A stretch of DNA of 64,000 nt from an uncultured Planctomycetia bacterium (GTDB lineage: Bacteria; Omnitrophota; Gorgyraeia; Velamenicoccales; Velamenicoccaceae), in contig CAZUQR010000001.1 in NCBI GenBank assembly GCA_964622605.1, positions 135,265 through 199,264 on the forward strand, in the 5' to 3' direction. The notes under the pieces are model-generated. The model made no database searches, was not told the origin of the DNA, and worked only from the letters and a program-made list of their open reading frames with translations. Shown one piece after another: positions 58,024-64,000 of the stretch (positions are counted from its first letter, which is position 1; each line of letters opens with the position of its first letter). Position numbers and translations under genes: made by a program.

Positions 58024-58998
58024 ATGTTCATTGATACGGCGAAGATCAGAGTGAAGGCGGGGGCCGGCGGCAACGGGTGCAACAGCTTTTTCCGCGATAA
58101 CCGGGTTGAGCACGGCAAGGCCAACGGCGGGGACGGAGGCAGCGGCGGCAACGTGATCCTGCGTGCCGACAAGGACATCTACACGCTCCTGGATTTTCAG
58201 TTCCGTCGTCACTTCAAGGCGGTCAGCGGCCGGCACGGCTCCAGCAACGACAAGGTCGGTGCGCGCGGGCAAGATTGCCTGATCCGTGTGCCCGTGGGGA
58301 CGCTCGTCACGGAGGGGGGGACGGGGTGTTTCCTGCGGGACATGGGCACGCACGGCCTGGAGGTGATCGTCGCGCGCGGCGGGGAGGGCGGCAAGGGCAA
58401 TTGCCGCAACCGCGAGGCGACGCCGGGTGAGGCCGGCGAGGAGCGGGAGCTCGTCCTCGACCTGAAGCTGATCGCGGACGTGGGGCTCATCGGCTATCCG
58501 AACGCCGGCAAGTCCACGCTGATATCGAAGATCTCGAACGCCACGCCGAAGATCGCGAACTATCCTTTCACGACGCGCGCACCGCAGCTGGGCGTGGTGC
58601 GGCGTCCCGACGACGATACGGAGTTCATCGTCGCGGACATCCCGGGCCTGATCGCCGGCGCGCACGAGGGGCGGGGCCTCGGCGACCGCTTCCTGAAGCA
58701 CGTCGAGCGCACGCAGGTGCTGGTGCACCTGGTGGACATGGCGGGCGTGGACGGCCGTGACCCGATCGAGGATTACGACGTCATCAACAAGGAATTGGAG
58801 TCGTTTTCAAGGGTTCTTGCCGAAAAGAAGCAGATCCTGGTGGCCAACAAGATGGACCTGGAGGCCGCCGGAGACAACCTCAAGCGCTTCCGCGAGATGG
58901 TGAAGCGCCGCATTTTTGAGATATCGGCCCTTGAGGGTAAGGGCCTGGAGGCCTTGCTTGAAGAAATCACGGAGTGTCTCACAGAAGATCGTCGTTAA
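58024..58998 (+). CDS. obg: GTPase Obg
   Basis: Obg fold (MFIDTAKIRVKAGAGGNGC, GGDGGSGGNV) and a G domain (GYPNAGKST, DIPGLI, NKMD). Confidence 0.92.
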   Translation: MFIDTAKIRVKAGAGGNGCNSFFRDNRVEHGKANGGDGGSGGNVILRADKDIYTLLDFQFRRHFKAVSGRHGSSNDKVGARGQDCLIRVPVGTLVTEGGTGCFLRDMGTHGLEVIVARGGEGGKGNCRNREATPGEAGEERELVLDLKLIADVGLIGYPNAGKSTLISKISNATPKIANYPFTTRAPQLGVVRRPDDDTEFIVADIPGLIAGAHEGRGLGDRFLKHVERTQVLVHLVDMAGVDGRDPIEDYDVINKELESFSRVLAEKKQILVANKMDLEAAGDNLKRFREMVKRRIFEISALEGKGLEALLEEITECLTEDRR

Positions 58999-60058
58999 GG
59001 TCGGCTCGAGCGTCTTGACCGGCGGCGGCGTTGACCTCGTCCCGCAGAATCTCGCGCGCGTGGTGTCTCACGTGGCGTCTTTCAGGGAAAAGGGGGATCA
59101 GGTTATCCTGGTGACGAGCGGCGCCATCGCCTGCGGGTTGTCGGTATTGGGTTTCAAGAAGAGGCCGACGGCCCTGGCGGAGCTCCAGGCTGCTGCCGCT
59201 GCTGGACAAAATATTTTGATGCAGGAGTATTTCGAGGAGTTTTCAGAACATGGTTTGAAGTGTGCCCAGGTTTTGCTGACACGGGGAGACCTCACGGATC
59301 GCAAGCGTTATCTGAACGCGCGCAATACCATCAACACGCTTTTGAAGCACGGTCTGGTGCCGGTCGTCAACGAGAACGATGCGGTCTCGGTCGAGGAGAT
59401 CAAATTCGGAGACAACGATACGCTCGCGGCGCGCCTGGCGGTCGCGGTAGAGGCGGACGGTCTGTGGATCATGTCGGATATTGACGGGCTCTATAAAGAT
59501 TTTGATGCGAAGACGGGCCTGGGAAAGAATTTGATCGAAGAGGTCAACATGATCACGCCGGAGATCATAAAGATGGCCGGCGGGACGGACAAGACCTCCT
59601 GCGTGGGTGGCATGTCGACAAAGATCCAGGCGGCGCACATTGCTACGAGCGGCAATATTCCCGTGTGCCTGAGCGCGATGCCTTCGATGGGTGTGCGGAT
59701 TGACTTTGGCGCATCCGTTTATGAGGGGTTTGTGAACACGCATTTTCAAGCGACCGGCTCTGCGGGGAGCGCAAAAAAACACTGGATCGCGTTCGAGGCC
59801 GCGGCCAAGGGCCGGATCGTCGTCGATGACGGCGCCCGAAATGCCCTGACCCAGCGGCCCTGCAGTCTCTTGGCGCCGGGCGTCATGGCCTGCGAGGGCG
59901 TCTTCAAGGCAGGGGATATCGTCGAGGTGGTCGATAAGGCCGGTGCGGTCTTTGCCAAGGGCAAGGCCAATCTGTCGTCCAAGGAGATCGCGGAAGGCGC
60001 GGGCAAGAAGATCAAAAAAGAGGTGATCCACCGGGATCACCTGGTCATCCTGGGATAG
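58958..60058 (+). CDS. proB: Glutamate 5-kinase
   Basis: KIVVKVGSSVLT N-terminus, an amino-acid kinase fold and a C-terminal PUA domain. The start is uncertain: TTG 58958 gives the usual N-terminal length, and ATG 58916 is the ORF-track alternative. Confidence 0.85.
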   Translation: MKKSRSVSQKIVVKVGSSVLTGGGVDLVPQNLARVVSHVASFREKGDQVILVTSGAIACGLSVLGFKKRPTALAELQAAAAAGQNILMQEYFEEFSEHGLKCAQVLLTRGDLTDRKRYLNARNTINTLLKHGLVPVVNENDAVSVEEIKFGDNDTLAARLAVAVEADGLWIMSDIDGLYKDFDAKTGLGKNLIEEVNMITPEIIKMAGGTDKTSCVGGMSTKIQAAHIATSGNIPVCLSAMPSMGVRIDFGASVYEGFVNTHFQATGSAGSAKKHWIAFEAAAKGRIVVDDGARNALTQRPCSLLAPGVMACEGVFKAGDIVEVVDKAGAVFAKGKANLSSKEIAEGAGKKIKKEVIHRDHLVILG

Positions 60059-60088
60059 GGACACGCTCCGGATAGGGACACGCTTTTC

Positions 60089-61369
60089 ATGAAGAAAAAG
60101 AGATCCTCACGCACGAAGCTTGAAGTGGAATTGAGGTGTCTGGCCGAGAAGGCGAAGGCCGCCACGCACCGCCTCGCCGCCCTGGACGCCGAGAAGAAGG
60201 ACGCGGTGCTGCGCGACATGGCAGAGGTCCTGGAGGAGGGCGCCTCCGCCATCCTCCTGGCCAATAAAAAGGACCTCGTGGCTGCCCGCCAGAAGCGCCT
60301 CGCCGAGGCCTTTATCGAGCGTCTGACCTTGACGCCCAAGAGGGTCGAGGAGATGGCGTCGTCGCTGAGGGGCATCGCGGACCTCCGCGATCCGGTCGGG
60401 GAGGTCATCAAGAATTGGAGCCGTCCCAATGGCCTGGCCCTCAGCAAGGTCCGAACGCCGATCGGCGTCGTCCTCATCATCTACGAGTCTCGGCCGAACG
60501 TGACCTCGGACTGCGTGGGCCTCTGTTTTAAATCGGGCAACGTCGTCATCCTGCGCGGCGGCAGCGACGCACTTCATTCGAACGCCGTCATCTTCAGACG
60601 GCTCGCGTCCGTGGTGCGGCGCCACGGCCTGCCGGCCGAGGTCATCAATCTCGTTGCCGTGACGGACCGCCGGGCCGTCGATGTCCTGTTGACGCTGGAC
60701 GATTCCATCGATCTCGTGATGCCGCGCGGCGGGGAGTCGCTGATCCGCCAGGTGCGCGACAAGTCGAAGATCCCGGTGATCAAGCATTACAAGGGGATCT
60801 GCCATATTTACGTGGACGAAGACGCGGACCTGGCACAGGCCGAGCGCATCGTGCTCAATGCCAAGGTCCAGCGGCCTGGCGTCTGCAACGCCGTCGAGAC
60901 GCTCCTCGTGCACGAAGGGGTGGCGAGGGATTTTCTGCCGAAGATGATCCGGGCGCTCCGGGACGCCGGCGTCGCCGTGCGCGGGTGCGCCAAGACCCGC
61001 AAGTTCGCCCAGGGGGTCGCGGCCGCGACCGAAGAGGACTGGCGCACGGAGTATCTGGACCTCATTCTTTCGGTGAAGGTCGTCAAGGACGTGGAGGAGG
61101 CGATCCGCCACATCAACCACTACGGTTCGCACCACAGCGATGCGATCGTCACGCGCGACGACGCCCGGACACAGAGGTTCTTAAAAGAGGTCGACTCCGC
61201 CTGCGTCTACGTAAACGCCTCCACGCGTTTTACCGACGGGTATCAGTTCGGCATGGGGGCGGAGATCGGCATCTCGACCGACCGGCTGCATGCCCGCGGC
61301 CCGATGGGCCTCGAGGAGTTGACGACATACAAGTACGTCATCCGCGGCACCGGCCAGATCCGCGAGTGA
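60089..61369 (+). CDS. proA: Gamma-glutamyl phosphate reductase
   Basis: IYESRPNVT, CNAVETLLVH (catalytic Cys) and NASTRFTDG motifs. Confidence 0.92.
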   Translation: MKKKRSSRTKLEVELRCLAEKAKAATHRLAALDAEKKDAVLRDMAEVLEEGASAILLANKKDLVAARQKRLAEAFIERLTLTPKRVEEMASSLRGIADLRDPVGEVIKNWSRPNGLALSKVRTPIGVVLIIYESRPNVTSDCVGLCFKSGNVVILRGGSDALHSNAVIFRRLASVVRRHGLPAEVINLVAVTDRRAVDVLLTLDDSIDLVMPRGGESLIRQVRDKSKIPVIKHYKGICHIYVDEDADLAQAERIVLNAKVQRPGVCNAVETLLVHEGVARDFLPKMIRALRDAGVAVRGCAKTRKFAQGVAAATEEDWRTEYLDLILSVKVVKDVEEAIRHINHYGSHHSDAIVTRDDARTQRFLKEVDSACVYVNASTRFTDGYQFGMGAEIGISTDRLHARGPMGLEELTTYKYVIRGTGQIRE

Positions 61370-61375
61370 TAGGGG

Positions 61376-61693
61376 ATGCGGCGGGGGACCGAGGCGGGCG
61401 GCCCATCCGCGCGCAGCGGAAGGGGCGCTGGCGCGACGAGTAAGGAGCGCCGTTTAGCGCTCACCGCCTGAGAGGGTGAGGCGGCCCGGGGCGCACCAAG
61501 CGCCCACGCCCAACCTAAGGTGTCGAGCAGAAAAGGCTCCCGCGGGGGATGGGGCGCTGGTCGGCCGAATAAGGCCGACCGGGTAGCGCGACGGCTCAAG
61601 ATGTGAGGCCGGCCGGGGCCGCGGAAGCGGCCACACCGAGCTGGGATGACGAGCGATGCACGCGAATGGGGCGATCGCCTCGGCCAGGGCCCG
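61376..61693. repeat. GC-rich modular palindromic repeat, family B long copy
   Basis: Shares GGGGACCGAGGCGGGCGGCCCATCCGCGCGCAGCGGAAGGGG with 38931-38977 and 25641-25657. Shares the block ATGTGAGGCCGG..GGAAGCGGCCAC with 25696-25724. The 3' end GCCTCGGCCAGGGCCCG resembles the other copies. Confidence 0.8.
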
Positions 61694-61722
61694 CTGGATC
61701 AATGCCGTGGGGTTGTGTCAAC

Positions 61723-62301
61723 ATGTCGAAGACGATGAAGATAGGCATACTTGGGGGGACGTTTGATCCGATCCACTACGGCCACCTGATCCTGGGCGAG
61801 CAGGTCCGGGGTCAGCTCGAGCTCGATAAGGTGATCTTTGTCCCGACGTATCAGCCGCCGCACAAGGACGGCCGCCGGATCCTCGATGCGCGGCACCGCC
61901 TGAGGATGGCGCGGTTGGCCGTGCGCGGCAATCCCCGCTTCACGGTCTCCGACATCGAGATACGCCGGCGCGGCAAGTCCTACACGGTGGACACGCTGCG
62001 GGCGATCAAGAGATGTTACCGCGGGGCGAGGCTCTTTTTTATCTGCGGCTCGGACCTCGTCAGCGAGATACCGACGTGGAAGAAGGTCGACGAGATCTAT
62101 CGCCTGGCCCGGTTCGTCTTGGCCAAGCGGCCCGGATATGGACGTCGTCTCACGGGCCGCCGTTTCCTGAAGATCCACGTGGCCCAGGTGGACATCTCCT
62201 CCTCGTCGCTGCGACGCCTCGTGCACAGGGACAGATCCATTCAGTATCTGACGCCGGACAGCGTCGTGCGCTACATCCAGAGACATCGTCTCTATAGGTG
62301 A
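61723..62301 (+). CDS. nadD: Nicotinate-nucleotide adenylyltransferase
   Basis: Start at ATG 61723. The upstream part of ORF 61603 lies in the repeat. GILGGTFDPIHYGH motif and ISSSSLR (the ISST motif region). Confidence 0.88.
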   Translation: MSKTMKIGILGGTFDPIHYGHLILGEQVRGQLELDKVIFVPTYQPPHKDGRRILDARHRLRMARLAVRGNPRFTVSDIEIRRRGKSYTVDTLRAIKRCYRGARLFFICGSDLVSEIPTWKKVDEIYRLARFVLAKRPGYGRRLTGRRFLKIHVAQVDISSSSLRRLVHRDRSIQYLTPDSVVRYIQRHRLYR

Positions 62302-62305
62302 AGAC

Positions 62306-62968
62306 ATGAAGATCAAGGTCGGTCCGTCTCTTTTGGCGTGTGATTTTATGAATCTCGAGGCGGAGGTCCGGCGCGCCCAGGCAGCGGGCGCCGACTTCCT
62401 GCACGTCGACGTCATGGACGGGCACTTCGTCCCCAACATCACGATCGGCCCGGGCGTGGTGGCGGCCATCCGCAAGAAGACCACGCTGCCGATTCACGCC
62501 CACCTGATGATCGAGAATCCGGACGAATACATCGCGGCCTTTGCGGCCGCGGGTGCGGATATCATCAGCTTCCACATGGAGGCCCTGGGCAAGGTCAGGA
62601 ATGTCCGCACGAAGAAGGCGGTGTCTTTGATCAAGGCGATCAACCGGCTCTCCCGCCGGCCCGCCTTGGCGATAAATCCCGCGACCCCCCTTGATGTCGC
62701 GACGGGCGTTCTGGATAAAGTCGACTGGGTCTTGGTCATGAGCGTGAATCCTGGTTTCGGCGGACAGGAGTTCATGCCGGGGGTCCTGTCCAAGATCTTC
62801 GAGCTGCGCAAGATATTTGACGGCGACATCGAGGTCGACGGCGGGATCAACGATAAGACGGCCGCCGAGGTCGTGCGCAAGGGGGCCAACGTCTTGGCCG
62901 CCGGCACGCACCTCTTCGCGGCACCGGACATGAAGGCGGCGATAAGGAGGCTGAAGAATGTCGTGTAG
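62306..62968 (+). CDS. rpe: Ribulose-phosphate 3-epimerase
   Basis: PSLLACDF, HVDVMDGHFVPN, MSVNPGFGGQ and VDGGI motifs. Confidence 0.92.
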   Translation: MKIKVGPSLLACDFMNLEAEVRRAQAAGADFLHVDVMDGHFVPNITIGPGVVAAIRKKTTLPIHAHLMIENPDEYIAAFAAAGADIISFHMEALGKVRNVRTKKAVSLIKAINRLSRRPALAINPATPLDVATGVLDKVDWVLVMSVNPGFGGQEFMPGVLSKIFELRKIFDGDIEVDGGINDKTAAEVVRKGANVLAAGTHLFAAPDMKAAIRRLKNVV

Positions 62969-64000
62969 CGGTCGAGCGCACAAGACAAAGATCAGGTTCG
63001 GCACCGACGGGTGGCGCGCGGTGACCGGTGACGATTTCACGTTCGCCAACGTCAGGCGGGTGGCCCAGGCCACGGCCGATTATTGCCGGAGGGATTTGGT
63101 CCGGGGACGCCGCCCCCGGGTGTGCGTGGGTTACGATACGCGCTTCATGTCCGACAAGTTCGCCCGTATCGCGGCCCGGGTCCTGGCCGCCAACAACATC
63201 GAGGTGATCGTTTCGGACCGCGCGGTCCCCACGCCCGCCCTGAGCTTTGCGGTGAAAAGCCGCAACCTCGACCTCGGCATCATGATCACGGCGAGTCACA
63301 ACCCGCCGGAGTTCAACGGCTACAAGATCAAGAACAAGGAAGGCGGGGCAGCGGACGGGAAGGTGACGCGCCGCGTCGAGGCCCTCATCGACGCCTCGCC
63401 CGTCAAGAGCCTCTCTTTGACCCAGGCCGTCTCAAAAGGCCGGGCACGGGTCGTCGACATCGCCAAGGACTACGTCAGGTTCCTGCGTTCTTACATCGAC
63501 CCCAGGGTCTTCAAGAAGGCGCGGTTCCGGGTCCTGATGGATGTCATGCACGGCAGCGGCAACAGCTATATCGCCGACGTGCTCAAGGGCACGGGCATTC
63601 GCCTCGAGCTGATGCGTGCCGAGGCCAACCCCAACTTCTGCGGCCGCGGCCCGGAGCCGGTCGAGGAGAACGTCCAGGGCATCATCCGGCGCATGAAGAC
63701 CGGGCGTTATGACATCGGCCTGATCCTGGACGGTGACGCCGACCGCATCGCGGCGGTCAGCTCGGACGGCGCCTACATCCCCCCGCAAAAGATCCTGGGC
63801 CTGCTGGCCCTGCATCTCCACCAGGACCGCAAGTGGTCCGGCGACATCGTGACGACCATCGCCGGCACGACCATGCTCGAGCACATCGCCGAGGACCTGG
63901 GGCTCAAGCTGCACGAGACCCCCGTGGGCTTCAAGTACATCTCGAACCTCATGGAGACGCAGGACATCCTCGTCGGCGGCGAGGAGGCCGGGGGGATGGG
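62957..64000 (+). CDS. Alpha-D-phosphohexomutase family protein (phosphoglucomutase/phosphomannomutase), 3' end outside the window
   Basis: My own translation from ATG 62957 (frame 2, open to the window end and absent from the ORF track): MSCSGRAHKTKIRFGTDGWRAV..GIMITASHNPPEFNGYKIK with the active-site TASHNP, later DGDADR. Confidence 0.85.

Noticed and set aside
61376-61693. Possibility that the large GC-rich spacers (25436-25879, 61370-61722) encode RNase P RNA, tmRNA, SRP RNA or 6S RNA.
   Set aside because: I could not find the universal signatures, such as GAGGAAAGUCCGGGC for RNase P, a tRNA-like GGGG..ACCA end with a tag ORF for tmRNA, or the SRP GGAA/AGCA motif. The segments are repeated elsewhere, which fits repeats rather than single-copy housekeeping RNAs.
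63083-63712. 209-aa ORF in the track, with several other ORFs in 62847-63967.
   Set aside because: These are off-frame relative to the phosphohexomutase gene, which is open from 62957 to the window end. That gene is missing from the track only because it has no stop in the window.

Overview
The window is high in G+C (about two-thirds by eye), and every gene I can support lies on the + strand. Many neighbouring genes overlap by 4 nt (ATGA or GTGA), which suggests translational coupling. There are no rRNA or tRNA genes, CRISPR arrays or transposases. The Lgt/LspA lipoprotein pathway and a PilQ secretin indicate a diderm bacterium.

Gene order:
- xerD (partial), cca, DUF503, rbfA, nrnA, truB, ribF.
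- A complete dcw cluster: mraZ, PilZ gene, rsmH, ftsL, ftsI, murE, murF, mraY, murD, ftsW, murG, MA-type metallopeptidase, murC, murB, ddl, ftsQ, ftsA. No ftsZ follows ftsA.
- yggS, proC, mtnP.
- ileS, DksA/TraR-like gene, lspA, lgt, rluD, aroA.
- mreB, mreC, mreD, mrdA, rodA.
- One strongly AT-rich orphan gene bracketed by GC-rich palindromic repeats.
- A B12/radical-SAM gene (TIGR03960-like).
- A roughly 15 kb type IV pilus locus.
- DUF2344, rng, rplU, obg, proB, proA, nadD, rpe, and a 3'-partial phosphohexomutase.

The most interesting part is the pilus locus, which is full of c-di-GMP modules:
- a HAMP-GAF protein with a degenerate GGDEF domain that keeps its I-site;
- a stand-alone MshEN-like (GspE N-terminal) protein;
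- two tandem full-length PilB/GspE ATPases;
- a REC-HD-GYP phosphodiesterase embedded between pilB2 and pilC;
- a sequence in the pilC-pilA spacer that closely matches the c-di-GMP-I (GEMM-I) riboswitch and is followed by an intrinsic terminator;
- a GT-C/TPR membrane protein directly after the pilin.

Other points worth a second look:
- a PilZ gene and a secreted HExxH peptidase embedded in the dcw operon;
- missing ftsZ and rpmA at their conserved positions;
- two families of long palindromic intergenic repeats, one of which shows compensatory stem changes between its copies;
- several near-consensus sigma70 promoters.
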